From positions 90,734 to 154,733 of the forward strand of contig JAZNFS010000033.1 in the NCBI GenBank assembly GCA_045589175.1: DNA of 64,000 nt, written 5' to 3'. The notes beneath the pieces were generated by a model. That model made no database searches. It was not told the DNA's origin and saw nothing but the letters and a program-made list of their open reading frames with translations. Both the position numbers and the translations under genes were made by a program. Below, piece by piece: positions 13,246 to 23,533 of the stretch. Every line of letters starts with the position of its first letter. The stretch's first letter is position 1. This stretch comes from Christensenellaceae bacterium. GTDB taxonomy: Bacteria; Bacillota; Clostridia; Christensenellales; Borkfalkiaceae.

Positions 13246-13555
13246 ATTTATTTTCTTCTATGCGTTCTATTAAAAAGCTTACGGGGCGAAACCCGTCGTT
13301 ACAGGATATTAAAGCGGAATATGGATTTTTCATCCAACCGTCATAAAAATTACCGCCACCTAAGGCAAGTTCTTTAACAAAAGGATAAACGCTTTCCCAC
13401 GCGCTTTTACAAAACCCTTTGGGGCAACTTGCGTTCTCGCTTATAAAGGTTGTTCCTATTACGATATCGCAAGCGTGCTCGATAGGATTTTCATACTTTT
13501 CAATTAAATCTTCATAAATCGCCCTTTTTATTGGCGTTATTTTTACTTTATACAT
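13244..13555 (-). CDS. Small cysteine-containing protein (uncharacterised family, possibly TIGR04076-like)
   Basis: 103-aa ORF with conserved Cys residues (CDIV, CPKGFCKSAW). It is translationally coupled to the upstream gene. Confidence 0.4.
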   Translation of the reverse strand: MYKVKITPIKRAIYEDLIEKYENPIEHACDIVIGTTFISENASCPKGFCKSAWESVYPFVKELALGGGNFYDGWMKNPYSALISCNDGFRPVSFLIERIEENK

Positions 13556-14414
13556 GCTTTATTCCCGCTGTTTTTAAAAAACTTTCCCCGTCGTATGGCG
13601 GAATAATTATAAAATAATCTACCCCGCCAGTATTAAAATAAACTTTTATGCAGTTTTTAACGCTAAATAGCCCTACCGTAGTTATTTTTACTCCATAAGG
13701 CTTTATTGCTTTATCGTTTAAGGGTAAATTTTTATTCCAACTATTAAAGGTTACTGCCTTTTTTATAACTTCGTAGCCCTTAAAATCCTTCCTTTTTATA
13801 CCAAAAACGGTTGTTAAATCGCCAAACATTAAATATTCGCCCGAGCAAAAAATACGTACCGAAGTGTTTACGTAATTAAATGCTTTAACTACGGGCTTTA
13901 GCTCGCCGTTTTTATTTTCATAAACGGATAAAAATATATCACATTCTTTTGCTTGCGCAGGGATTTTTAAATCTTTTATACATTCGTCGTAAAGAGTCTC
14001 GCCGTTTTTGATAGTATCTAAATACTCGCTATCTTTAACAAGTTTTTTTTCGCGAATGGTTTTTATTATTAATAATACCGTTCCAACCAAAGCAAATATA
14101 CAGCCGAAAATAAAAATTATTAAGCCTTTATTAAAAGCGGTTTTTAAATCGCTTTCTTTTGTAACTGAAACAAAAAACACAACCAACAAAAACAAACCTA
14201 TCATTAGTGACAAATATCTTATTAACACCAAAAAATTAGGTTCTTTTGCGCGCTTTTCATATTCAGTTATTTTTTCAGTAAACTTTATTTGTTTTTGCAT
14301 AAGCTCTTCGCTTAATTTACGCACCACAAATTTCTCGCTTTCGCTATAACCGCTTGAAACGTCAACTGCAAAAAGTTCTTTCATAATTTTATCCTTAAGC
14401 ACGAAATCGCGCAC
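13548..14414 (-). CDS. Hypothetical membrane protein
   Basis: 288 aa with two central TM helices and no recognisable motif. Confidence 0.45.
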   Translation of the reverse strand: MRDFVLKDKIMKELFAVDVSSGYSESEKFVVRKLSEELMQKQIKFTEKITEYEKRAKEPNFLVLIRYLSLMIGLFLLVVFFVSVTKESDLKTAFNKGLIIFIFGCIFALVGTVLLIIKTIREKKLVKDSEYLDTIKNGETLYDECIKDLKIPAQAKECDIFLSVYENKNGELKPVVKAFNYVNTSVRIFCSGEYLMFGDLTTVFGIKRKDFKGYEVIKKAVTFNSWNKNLPLNDKAIKPYGVKITTVGLFSVKNCIKVYFNTGGVDYFIIIPPYDGESFLKTAGIKHV

Positions 14415-14415
14415 T

Positions 14416-15447
14416 CTATTTAGTTTCTTCCTTTAACTGTTTTAATCGTTTTTCGTATTCTTTAACAAATTTAGTGCTTGAATTTAATAACCTTTGATAA
14501 CTTTTATCTAAAGTTCGAGCCCAGTTAGTTTCGCCCGTAAACTTTCTATATTCGCGATGCGCCCTAACGGTAGATAAATCGCTTATGGATCCCACAAAAA
14601 AGTTTTCAGCAAGGTTTTTGTTTTGTTCGCTAAGGTTTCCGTTTAAACACTCGTTATAAATAATTTCAGGGAAAATAAGTAGGTATTCTTGATCGTCAAA
14701 TTGTAAAATATCAGCCGATAAGTCGATTAACACCTCGTTAGCACGTTTAAACTTTTCGCGAACAATAAGGTGTTTGTAATAATAAATACGGGCAAGCGGT
14801 TGTTTTGAATTTTGCAAAATGGCAGGACAAGAAGGAATTATACCCTTTGAGATTTGCCTTTCTTGGTGCATAATTTCAACCAAAACGTCGGCGTAATCGC
14901 TACTTGAAAAAATTAAGTATCCATCAGAAGTTTTATCAAAAGTTAAACAGTTAACAACTAATAAGTAAGTAGCAGGCAAACTTGCTACACCCACCAAGCA
15001 AAAAACTACGGGATTGGTTATACAAAGCGCCAAAACAATACCTAAAAGCGCATATAAAAACGAAAATAACAATCCGCCAAAGGCAGTTAAGCGTAGCTTT
15101 TCTTTAGTTGTTCCCTTATAAGGTAAAAATAGGCTTTCTCCTGCGTTTTCACCAAAAAACGTAAAAAACTTAACGCGTTTTTCTTTTTTTGTAAAATCAA
15201 TTGCAAACAATCCAAAATTTACGTAATTAACGGCAAACTTGTTTTTCTTAGCAAAAATTAAATGCCCGAGTTCGTGTAAAAAACAAGCTATAAAGTAATG
15301 TACTACCCACCCCACGACAAAACAAGTGATGGCAACCCATACTTTTGCCTTTAAGGTACTTATAGCGTATAGATTAAACAATACTGCCAAACCCAGCCAA
15401 GCTAGAACTAATATTAAATTGATAAAAAACGCTTTTTTATTTTTCAT
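14416..15447 (-). CDS. Putative membrane-embedded zinc metalloprotease (HExxH, M50-like)
   Basis: Polytopic protein with HELGH inside a TM helix (FLHELGHLIFAKK). Confidence 0.5.
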   Translation of the reverse strand: MKNKKAFFINLILVLAWLGLAVLFNLYAISTLKAKVWVAITCFVVGWVVHYFIACFLHELGHLIFAKKNKFAVNYVNFGLFAIDFTKKEKRVKFFTFFGENAGESLFLPYKGTTKEKLRLTAFGGLLFSFLYALLGIVLALCITNPVVFCLVGVASLPATYLLVVNCLTFDKTSDGYLIFSSSDYADVLVEIMHQERQISKGIIPSCPAILQNSKQPLARIYYYKHLIVREKFKRANEVLIDLSADILQFDDQEYLLIFPEIIYNECLNGNLSEQNKNLAENFFVGSISDLSTVRAHREYRKFTGETNWARTLDKSYQRLLNSSTKFVKEYEKRLKQLKEETK

Positions 15448-15452
15448 AAGTT

Positions 15453-16334
15453 CTATATCTTCCCGTTTTGTTCAAGCCACAAATAGTAGCCCTCTAAATT
15501 ATCGTCCTCGGTTAAAATTATTTTATTTGCACAAAGTTTATTTACTAAAAACCAAAGTATTAACGCCCCTGAATGAATAACTTTGGAGCGAAGATCATCT
15601 ATTAAAAATTGTGCTGAAATTTGCTCGCTTTCAATTAAGTAAAGTTTTTTAGCAAGCTCAAATAAATAATCTTTTGTAACAGTCATGCCGTTGGTTGCGT
15701 TGCGATCAAAATTTTTAAGTCCGCTTTTTATAAAAGCAATTATGTTTGCGCTTCCACCTATACCGTAAACTTCACCAATCTCTTTAGGCAGTTTATCAAA
15801 CTCTTCATCAATTTTATTTTTTAAAAAGTCGTAGGCGGTAAAGAAATCTTTACCAACTTTATCGGTTAAAGAAACTGCACCCACTTGCATCGAATGCGCA
15901 TAAATTATTTGCCCACCGCAAGAGCAAACTACTTCACTCGATGCCCCGCCAACGTCGATTATGCATCCACTTTTACCCTTTAACGCCCCTAAAACGCCCA
16001 TTTTTCCTTCCTTTTCGCCAGATAAAACGTCTAAACTTTCGCCGTATTTGCTATTGAATTTAGAAATAAAACTCTCTGCGTTTTTAGCGTTCCTTATCGC
16101 TGCTGTAGCAAATGCAAAAACCTTTGCCTTACGTTCGCGCGCAAGATTAAATAACGTATCAAGCCCATCAAAGGTGCGCGACATCGAGCACTCGTTTAGA
16201 TAGCCGTTTTGCATATTTTTTGCAAGTTGAGTGGTTATAACCCTTCTTAAAAAAACTTTTCCGTTACAAGAAATGCGTTCTCGAACGGAATTGCTACCTA
16301 TATCTATAATTGCTATATTTTGATTTTTATCCAT
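15453..16334 (-). CDS. Ppx/GppA phosphatase family protein (N-terminal actin-like domain only)
   Basis: The IAIIDIGSNSVR motif of exopolyphosphatase / guanosine pentaphosphate phosphohydrolase is present. Confidence 0.7.
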   Translation of the reverse strand: MDKNQNIAIIDIGSNSVRERISCNGKVFLRRVITTQLAKNMQNGYLNECSMSRTFDGLDTLFNLARERKAKVFAFATAAIRNAKNAESFISKFNSKYGESLDVLSGEKEGKMGVLGALKGKSGCIIDVGGASSEVVCSCGGQIIYAHSMQVGAVSLTDKVGKDFFTAYDFLKNKIDEEFDKLPKEIGEVYGIGGSANIIAFIKSGLKNFDRNATNGMTVTKDYLFELAKKLYLIESEQISAQFLIDDLRSKVIHSGALILWFLVNKLCANKIILTEDDNLEGYYLWLEQNGKI

Positions 16335-16391
16335 AATTTTATTTTTAAAAGTTGTTTAATTGCAATTAAACATAACAAAAGAAGCGAATAA

Positions 16392-16655
16392 TTACTTATC
16401 CGTTTCGTATAGATAACCAAGTTCATTTGCGCGTTCGATTATTTTCCATTCGCAAAGCCACAATTCAATACCTTTTTCCGTTTTTTCCTTTTTTTCTTCT
16501 AATAGGTGTATTTCGGTTTCCAACTGCTCGATTTTCGCCTTTTTGCCCTTTATCACACCCATTCCATAAACCATTATGGCAACCAAAATGAAAAGTAATA
16601 TTACGGCGGCTGAGGTTATTGCCGTTTGTATTCTTCTTGCTTTTTCTTCTGTCAT
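16392..16655 (-). CDS. divIC: Septum formation initiator (DivIC/FtsL-like)
   Basis: 87 aa with a single TM and a coiled coil. It lies immediately downstream of yabP-yabQ, as in Bacillus. Confidence 0.55.
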   Translation of the reverse strand: MTEEKARRIQTAITSAAVILLFILVAIMVYGMGVIKGKKAKIEQLETEIHLLEEKKEKTEKGIELWLCEWKIIERANELGYLYETDK

Positions 16656-16998
16656 TTAGCTTTTTTCTCCACGAAATAAATACTTTACTTGCTTTATTAT
16701 ACAACTTTTTTAATAATATTGCAATACTTTTGCCTAATGTTTTTTTATATAGATAAAAACCAAACAAACAAATTATTCCCATATACAAGCGAAACTCGCC
16801 CATTGCATAAGCGTTTTTAAAAAAAATGAATATAAAGGTAAGAAAAACAAACTCAAAAAAAGCACAAATATCTTTTAATATTTTTGTTTTAAATAAAAAA
16901 TTAAAAAAGCAAAAAGGGGCAAGTATAATTCCCGAAATATAGCCCAAAGAAAAACAAAGAATAATATGTATCGGTTGCGATTGTACTGTAAAAATCAT
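16465..16998 (-). CDS. yabQ: Spore cortex protein YabQ-like membrane protein. The ORF tail overlaps divIC in another frame.
   Basis: The hydrophobic N-terminal ~120 aa and the position after yabP fit YabQ. The last ~60 codons are a basic, low-complexity read-through into divIC. Confidence 0.4.
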   Translation of the reverse strand: MIFTVQSQPIHIILCFSLGYISGIILAPFCFFNFLFKTKILKDICAFFEFVFLTFIFIFFKNAYAMGEFRLYMGIICLFGFYLYKKTLGKSIAILLKKLYNKASKVFISWRKKLNDRRKSKKNTNGNNLSRRNITFHFGCHNGLWNGCDKGQKGENRAVGNRNTPIRRKKGKNGKRY

Positions 16999-17255
16999 TT
17001 TAATAGTTTTTTAATAAGAGAACCCTTTTTATAGCCGTACTTTATTTCAAAAATTACACCTTCGGCAATAAAAGTGGCGTTTTGCTTAGAAAAGCCACCC
17101 ATTTTTAAAGATTGCCCTACAACGGTTAATTTTTTATCATTAAAAAGTAGTAATGATATTTTTTCTTCAGTAATACTTTCTACCTCTTTAACTGCAGTAA
17201 CGTATATTCTTTTCTGCCCGTCTATTTGCACGGTATGAAGGTTTTTTTCGTCCAT
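16995..17255 (-). CDS. yabP: Sporulation protein YabP
   Basis: 86 aa (MDEKNLHTVQIDGQKRIYVTAVKEVESITEEK...) typical of YabP. It overlaps yabQ by 4 nt. Confidence 0.8.
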   Translation of the reverse strand: MDEKNLHTVQIDGQKRIYVTAVKEVESITEEKISLLLFNDKKLTVVGQSLKMGGFSKQNATFIAEGVIFEIKYGYKKGSLIKKLLK

Positions 17256-17513
17256 GAGTTATAACCACCTTAAATACGTAATCGATTTATTATATGCAAA
17301 AATATACCTAAAATATAACAAAAAACAATGCTTATAGAGTATAAAAATATAAAAAAATGAAAAATACTTGAATATAAAAGATAAAATTTTTGCTAATAAA
17401 GTAAAATTTTTGGTTTTTTTCATTTACAACCTTACGAATTTATGTTATAATGTTAAAACTATTATTAGTTTTTTGCCCAAACAAAATACAAATGGGCACA
17501 AAAGGAGAAAAAA

Positions 17514-18812
17514 ATGGATTCTGACGAACCTGAACCTGATAGTATTACGCTGTATATCGTAATCAGCATAATATTAGTTATTCTATCTTCATTCTTTTCG
17601 GCTACCGAAACAGCCTTTTCAGCCGTGAACAAAACACGCCTACGCGTAAGAGTTCAAGAAGGTCAAAAGGGCGCTCAAAGTGCACTTGATCTTGCCGAAA
17701 ATTTTGACAAATTAGTTTCAACGATTTTAGTAGGTAACAACATAGTTAATATCACACTTGCAACCGTCGCTCTTGCAATGTTTGAAAAGTTAATTGCAAA
17801 CGGCAACGTTGCCGATACGGTTTCAACTATCGTTACTACCGTTGTAGTATTAATTTTTGGCGAAATAGTACCTAAAATGATAGCTAAAGAAAAAAGCGAA
17901 GGCGCTTGTATTTGGCTTTCATACCCAATAAAGTTCTTTATGTTTATTTTAACCCCGATTACCATAATTTTTTCGGGCTTAAAGATTTTACTTCGCAAAA
18001 TGTTTAAATTCCAAGGCGAAGAAAAAATTACTGAAGAAGAACTTTTAACAATCGTTGAAGAAGCGCAAGAAGACGGGGCTTTAGATGAAAGCGAAACTAA
18101 GCTTATTTCAAGCTCGATCGAGTTTGATGACGTTTTGGTTGAAGATATTTTAGTTCCACGAGTTGGCGTTATAGCTGTTTCGCTTGATATGTCGATGAAC
18201 GAAATTAAAAAACTTTTCTTAGAGCACAATTTCTCGCGTATGCCAGTTTATAACGGCACGATAGACTCCATCGTTGGAATGATACACAATATTGACTTTT
18301 TTGCTGCCTTAGAACGTGGCGAAACATCAATTAAAAACGTAATCTCACCAACCGCGTATGCTACCGAACATATGAAAATTTCAACGCTACTAAAAAGTAT
18401 GCAAAAACAAAAGGTACATATGGCAATCGTTGTTGACGAATACGGTGGAACACTTGGTATTGCAACTTTAGAAGATATTTTAGAAGAGCTCGTTGGCGAA
18501 ATTTGGGACGAACACGACGAAATTATTAACTATTTTAACAAGATTGACGACGTTACCTATATGGTGGACGGAAGAGCCGAACTCGATAAATTCTTTACGC
18601 TTTTCAACCTTGAGGGTGACGACGAAGAATTTGAATCACAAACGGTTAACGGTTGGGTAATTGAAAAAATAGGAACTTTCCCTAAAAAGTTTGATAGCTT
18701 TGACTATAAAAACCTAACCATAATAACTAACAAAATTACTCAACGCCGAGTTTTAGACGTTAAAGTAGTTATAAACCCAATTGATGAAAACGGGGAATCA
18801 AAAGAAAATTAA
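17514..18812 (+). CDS. HlyC/CorC (CNNM) family transporter: DUF21 TM domain, CBS pair and CorC_HlyC domain
   Basis: 432 aa with the domain order typical of the TlyC/CorC hemolysin family. Confidence 0.85.
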   Translation: MDSDEPEPDSITLYIVISIILVILSSFFSATETAFSAVNKTRLRVRVQEGQKGAQSALDLAENFDKLVSTILVGNNIVNITLATVALAMFEKLIANGNVADTVSTIVTTVVVLIFGEIVPKMIAKEKSEGACIWLSYPIKFFMFILTPITIIFSGLKILLRKMFKFQGEEKITEEELLTIVEEAQEDGALDESETKLISSSIEFDDVLVEDILVPRVGVIAVSLDMSMNEIKKLFLEHNFSRMPVYNGTIDSIVGMIHNIDFFAALERGETSIKNVISPTAYATEHMKISTLLKSMQKQKVHMAIVVDEYGGTLGIATLEDILEELVGEIWDEHDEIINYFNKIDDVTYMVDGRAELDKFFTLFNLEGDDEEFESQTVNGWVIEKIGTFPKKFDSFDYKNLTIITNKITQRRVLDVKVVINPIDENGESKEN

Positions 18813-18897
18813 TTACTAAAGAGATAGCAAGTGGATAACTACGCCCTTGCTATTTTTGTTACCACTTAATTTAATAAGTTTTTATAAAGGAGTGTTT

Positions 18898-19686
18898 ATG
18901 AAAAAATTAGGTCTTGCCTTGGGCGCCGGCGGTGCACGCGGAGTTGCTCATATAGGCTTTTTAAAAGCTCTTGAAGATAACGATATAAGACCCTCGTATA
19001 TATCGGGCAGTTCAATGGGCTCGGTAGTTGGTGCGTGCTACGCTATGGGAATAACCCCAGATTATATGATAAAAATTGTTTCTGCCCTTCGTGCTCGCGA
19101 TATTTTAGACCTTTCGCCTTCCGCACTAAAAAACGGCACGCTACTTAAGAGTAAAAAAATGGCCGCCCTTCTTTCCAGATACTTAGGCGACACTCAATTT
19201 GAAGATTTACATCTACCCTTTTCTTGCGTAGGAACTGATATTATAAGCGGAAATAAGGTGGTTTTTAAACAAGGTAGGGTTGCAACGGCAATTCAAGCAA
19301 GTTCTTCCATTCCTCTTGTTTTTGCACCAGTTGCCTATGAAAATATGCTTATTGCCGACGGCTCGCTCGTAACCCGTGTTCCCGTTGAAGAAGTAAAAAA
19401 TATGGGGGCTGACGTTGTAGTTGCGGTTGACGTTTTAGGCCCTATTGGTGAAATTGATGAAATTAAAAGCATTTTTTCTTACTTTTTTAGGCTAATCGAC
19501 GTTTACGATAGCCAAGTTAACAAAATGAATCTTGAAAAACACCCTGCCGATTTCTACTGCGCACCTGCTATGGGCGATATGAGTCAATACAAGATTGACA
19601 GTACAAAAATGCAATTCGCATACGAAAAGGGCTATGAAAGCGCAATGAAAATAATGAATAGATTAAAACAAAAGCTTAATAGTTAA
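18898..19686 (+). CDS. Patatin-like phospholipase
   Basis: ATG 18898 follows an AAGGAG RBS. The GAGGARGVAHIG oxyanion loop and the GSSMG nucleophile motif are present. Confidence 0.8.
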   Translation: MKKLGLALGAGGARGVAHIGFLKALEDNDIRPSYISGSSMGSVVGACYAMGITPDYMIKIVSALRARDILDLSPSALKNGTLLKSKKMAALLSRYLGDTQFEDLHLPFSCVGTDIISGNKVVFKQGRVATAIQASSSIPLVFAPVAYENMLIADGSLVTRVPVEEVKNMGADVVVAVDVLGPIGEIDEIKSIFSYFFRLIDVYDSQVNKMNLEKHPADFYCAPAMGDMSQYKIDSTKMQFAYEKGYESAMKIMNRLKQKLNS

Positions 19687-19719
19687 AAATTAAGTTATAA
19701 ATCACAAGAAATATAAAAC

Positions 19720-19762
19720 AAAAGTGCCGATAATTAAGCTATATCGGCACTTTTTTGTTTTT
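19720..19762. terminator. Bidirectional intrinsic terminator (patatin gene / miaA)
   Basis: Hairpin AAAGTGCCGATAATTAAGCTATATCGGCACTTTTTTG. Confidence 0.55.
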
Positions 19763-19770
19763 ATATATTT

Positions 19771-20649
19771 TTATTTATTATAAAATTCTTCGCAAAGTTT
19801 GATTGCTTGGGCTTCGTAATCACCCGTCATATCAAGCCAAACGGCGTTTTTTTCTTTTTTAAACCAGGTTATTTGGCGTTTAGCAAAATGGCGAATTTCT
19901 TTTAACAGTTCGGCACGGTAATCTTCGTAGGTATAAACACCTTCTAAATATCTATTAGTATAGCGGTATTCAAGCCCTAACCCTTCTAAAAAAGCTGAAG
20001 TTGCACCTTGTTTTTTTAGATTTTCAATCTCTTCAACCATACCCATTTTTAAACGTTTATCAAGTCGCTCCTCAATGCGTGCGTATAAAACGTCACGTGG
20101 GAAAACCAACACTAATTGCATAACGTTATAAAGGGGAACGCTTTCTTTATGGCCAACACCCTTTATAGCCTTTTCAAGCCTTCTCGCTAAATGCCTTGGC
20201 GAAATTCCCTCGGGCACTTCTTCGCCTAAAGCGATTAGTTTTTCTTTAACCTGCTCGTAAGATAAAGCGTTTATCTCTTCGCGAAGCTTTGGATCGTTTT
20301 CTTCTTCGCCCATATTAAAACCTTCGGTAACGGCACGAGAATATAAACCCGTACCGCCAACCAGAAACGGGCATTTACCACGCGCTAATATATCGTTAAT
20401 TGCGTTATAGGCAAGTTTTTGATATTCTGAAACACAAAAATATTCGTTTGGCTCAACGATATCTAAAAGGTGATGAACAGCCATTTGTTGTTCTTCTTTA
20501 GTAACCTTTCCTGTCCCTAAATCAAGCCCCTTAAACACTTGGCGCGAATCACACGAAACGATTTCGCCGTTAAAATGCTTAGCCAAAACGATACCTAAAT
20601 CGCTTTTACCCGAAGCAGTTGTTCCAACAACGCTTACTAATTTTTGCAT
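19771..20649 (-). CDS. miaA: tRNA dimethylallyltransferase
   Basis: P-loop GTTASGKS plus the conserved MiaA core. Confidence 0.9.
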   Translation of the reverse strand: MQKLVSVVGTTASGKSDLGIVLAKHFNGEIVSCDSRQVFKGLDLGTGKVTKEEQQMAVHHLLDIVEPNEYFCVSEYQKLAYNAINDILARGKCPFLVGGTGLYSRAVTEGFNMGEEENDPKLREEINALSYEQVKEKLIALGEEVPEGISPRHLARRLEKAIKGVGHKESVPLYNVMQLVLVFPRDVLYARIEERLDKRLKMGMVEEIENLKKQGATSAFLEGLGLEYRYTNRYLEGVYTYEDYRAELLKEIRHFAKRQITWFKKEKNAVWLDMTGDYEAQAIKLCEEFYNK

Positions 20650-20729
20650 AAGTATCTCCCATATAAAAATCCCCTTGCTTTACCTAATAACTGCAAGGGA
20701 ATTTTTGTTTACTATTTTTTCAAAAAGAA

Positions 20730-21677
20730 TTAACGAGCGCAACCTTGTTTTTCAAGACTAACGCTAACTTTAATGCTAACCACTGGAATAGTAATAGCAA
20801 TTCCGTTAGATGCTAATTTTGTTTTTAAAGTAGCTAATTCTTCACCCGTGATTTCGTTTTCTGGAGTACCTTCTAAATAAACGCCTTTAAAATAAGTAAA
20901 ATCGCCTTCTTCATTTTCAGCGTAAGTAAAGCAAGTTCCAGCAAGCCATTTGTTACCTTCTGCATCTTCTGCCTTGTTTTCATCGATAACAACGTCTTTT
21001 TCTAAACGGTAAACCTTAACGCCCTCTGCAGTAGCTAAATAATCTTTTAATTTTAAAGCTTTTTCTAAACTGCTTAAGTATTCGGCTGAGGAAGAGTCTG
21101 CATCCTTGTTGCCGTCATCTGAAACGATTTGAGCGAAAAGACAGTATTCTTGTGGATTAAAAGGTGCAGCTGAAGAAAATGCAACGGTTAAAGTAGCTTT
21201 ACCTGTATCATATTTTGTTTTTTGATTATCAATAGCTTCATCGGCACGGTTAAGTAAAATAGAACCTGCATTTAGCGTTAATCTATTACCTGTATGGCCG
21301 TTTTTAACGAATTGACCTTTAATATAGCCAACGTTTGTATCAATTCTTTCGGTAAGTGGATCTGCTTTTGAAAGATCAACCTTACGGTCGCCAAATGATA
21401 AGTATGAAGAAGTTAATGCACTTACGTCAACGTTATTATAGTAGCCACTTTTAATAAGACTTTTAACGTGTTCAACCGTTAAATCAGCGAAGTTTAAGTA
21501 CATTTTAGCGTGAATATCGTAAGTGATTTGTTCGCCTTCTGCGTTCGTTAAACTAACCGTGATTGTAAAACGTTCAATCTTACTGCCGTTTTCAACTTCT
21601 GCAGAGCATGATGCAAAAGAGAACAAACAAGCTAAAGAAAGTACAATTGCAATGATTTTTGCTGTAAATTTTTTCAT
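20730..21677 (-). CDS. Hypothetical lipoprotein
   Basis: Signal peptide MKKFTAKIIAIVLSLACLFSFASC carries a lipobox. Confidence 0.55.
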   Translation of the reverse strand: MKKFTAKIIAIVLSLACLFSFASCSAEVENGSKIERFTITVSLTNAEGEQITYDIHAKMYLNFADLTVEHVKSLIKSGYYNNVDVSALTSSYLSFGDRKVDLSKADPLTERIDTNVGYIKGQFVKNGHTGNRLTLNAGSILLNRADEAIDNQKTKYDTGKATLTVAFSSAAPFNPQEYCLFAQIVSDDGNKDADSSSAEYLSSLEKALKLKDYLATAEGVKVYRLEKDVVIDENKAEDAEGNKWLAGTCFTYAENEEGDFTYFKGVYLEGTPENEITGEELATLKTKLASNGIAITIPVVSIKVSVSLEKQGCAR

Positions 21678-21782
21678 TATGTTCCTCCAGGGAAAAATAT
21701 TATTTCTTAATTTATAATAGCGTCACTTTATTAATTTTCATTATGATGAAACCTTGTTTTTAGAGAAAAACGCTTATAATTT

Positions 21783-22937
21783 TCAAATTTTTATACTAAG
21801 CAGGTTATCAACCGAAGAAAATAATTCTTCAAGCACCCCACTATGCATGAGTGCAAAATATAACCCAATAGCAAGCCCTACACCTAAAATTATTGCTATT
21901 AAAACCCTTAATGGTGATATAGGTGATTTGCCGGTTACTTTGCCGTTATTCCCATTAACTAAAACGGGATAATCTTTTTTGTTATACCTATAATTTAAGC
22001 GGTAAATAGGTAATAAAACGTATTTATATTTAACTGAATTATGTACTGTTGAAACGTTTAAATAGTCAATAACGTCGTAGCCGTAATAATGCAAAATATC
22101 CTGACGAAGCTGTTTATCTATAACCTCTTTAGCGTCCGCCCAACAGTCTTTAATATCCCTTGAATAATGCCTTGCCGTAAAACCCGATAAAAACTTGTTT
22201 TCGTAAACGCAAAGTGTTTCTTTTTTAAAGGGTTGAAGTTTATCAAGTTCATTTTGCGATATTCCGCCTGCAGAAATTGAAACGTCGTCAAACAATTTAG
22301 CAAAAGTTCCCTGAACGTGATGCCAAACTATGTAAGTTTCGGTGCGAGTTTTACCCTTTGAATCTCTTACCGTACGTGTTCTGCGTTCGCCAAGCCTACC
22401 TTCGTAATCTGAATAAGTATCGCTATCAAAGGTAAAAAATGGCATATAAATACCGTGAAGATTGCTTTCAACTAAGTTCTTTTTAAACTTAGTAGGCGCA
22501 AAAATACGCCTTTTTGCCCATTTTTTCGATAGATCAAGTGCACTTAAATTATCAATTAAAAAGGGATAAACTGCGGTAGGTTTTACACCGGCAAGGTCTT
22601 CGCGCTTAACGATATGCGTAGTTGAACAGTATGGGCAAATAACCGAAACTTCAACGTTTGAAACACTAAAGTTTGCACCACAGTTTTCACAACAATACAT
22701 CGTTGTTTCTTCATTCCATTTGGGAGCTTTTTGTAAAGCTTCTTCTAAACAAAACTCAGCTACGCTTTGATTTTTTTTAAAATCGACCTGCTTACCGCAA
22801 TGCCCGCATTTTAAAGTTTGAGTTAGTGGGTCAAACGACATATTTGATCCACACCCATCACATTTAATAAACACGCTTTCTTTTTGAGGGCTTGAATTTT
22901 CGCTTTCAAATTGATTAACGTTTTTATTTTCTTCCAT
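21783..22937 (-). CDS. Double zinc-ribbon protein with a C-terminal TM anchor
   Basis: Two zinc ribbons (CDGCGS...CGHCGK and CENCGA...CPYCS) and a C-terminal hydrophobic helix. Confidence 0.5.
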   Translation of the reverse strand: MEENKNVNQFESENSSPQKESVFIKCDGCGSNMSFDPLTQTLKCGHCGKQVDFKKNQSVAEFCLEEALQKAPKWNEETTMYCCENCGANFSVSNVEVSVICPYCSTTHIVKREDLAGVKPTAVYPFLIDNLSALDLSKKWAKRRIFAPTKFKKNLVESNLHGIYMPFFTFDSDTYSDYEGRLGERRTRTVRDSKGKTRTETYIVWHHVQGTFAKLFDDVSISAGGISQNELDKLQPFKKETLCVYENKFLSGFTARHYSRDIKDCWADAKEVIDKQLRQDILHYYGYDVIDYLNVSTVHNSVKYKYVLLPIYRLNYRYNKKDYPVLVNGNNGKVTGKSPISPLRVLIAIILGVGLAIGLYFALMHSGVLEELFSSVDNLLSIKI

Positions 22938-23220
22938 CTTTTCTTCTTTTTAGTGTAAGTTTAATGTTAAATAATATTTAAAAATGATAACTTACCTTTA
23001 ATCAATAAAATCCTTCGATTGCGCTTCTCTTCACTCAGGATGACTAAGGGAGCAAGGCTTCGCCGTATAAAAATTAAAAGTCTGTTATATTGCAAAATAA
23101 GGCTTAGATGCGAGTTAGAGTGGTGAAACCGAGTTTTTACCGACGGGCGCGTACTTGTACGTACGTAACCGAGGAAAAACGCAAGGCTTCGCCTCTATAA
23201 CGAAGTATATAAAGCTTATT

Positions 23221-23418
23221 TTATTCTGATAAATTATTTAACTCTTCCAATAAAGCGTCTAAATCAACGCCGTGAACGCCTACTGCTTGTTCAATAGTTT
23301 CCATATGAGCAAGAGCGCAACCTAAACAGTGCATACCGTATTTTTGTAAAATTCTAACTGATTCTGGGTTGATTTTTACGATATCCATAATAAGAGTGTC
23401 TTTAGTGATTTTTTCCAT
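23221..23418 (-). CDS. DUF1858 (hybrid-cluster-protein-associated redox disulfide) small protein
   Basis: 65 aa containing YGMHCLGCALAH. Confidence 0.65.
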   Translation of the reverse strand: MEKITKDTLIMDIVKINPESVRILQKYGMHCLGCALAHMETIEQAVGVHGVDLDALLEELNNLSE

Positions 23419-23533
23419 AATTATATCTCCTTAAGCCCAAAGTGGCTAACAATATTATTTACTTTTTTGCAACCTCATAAACATCGGTTGATTTTAAACA
23501 AATTTTATCAATCATCTGTTGTGTCAAGCACCA

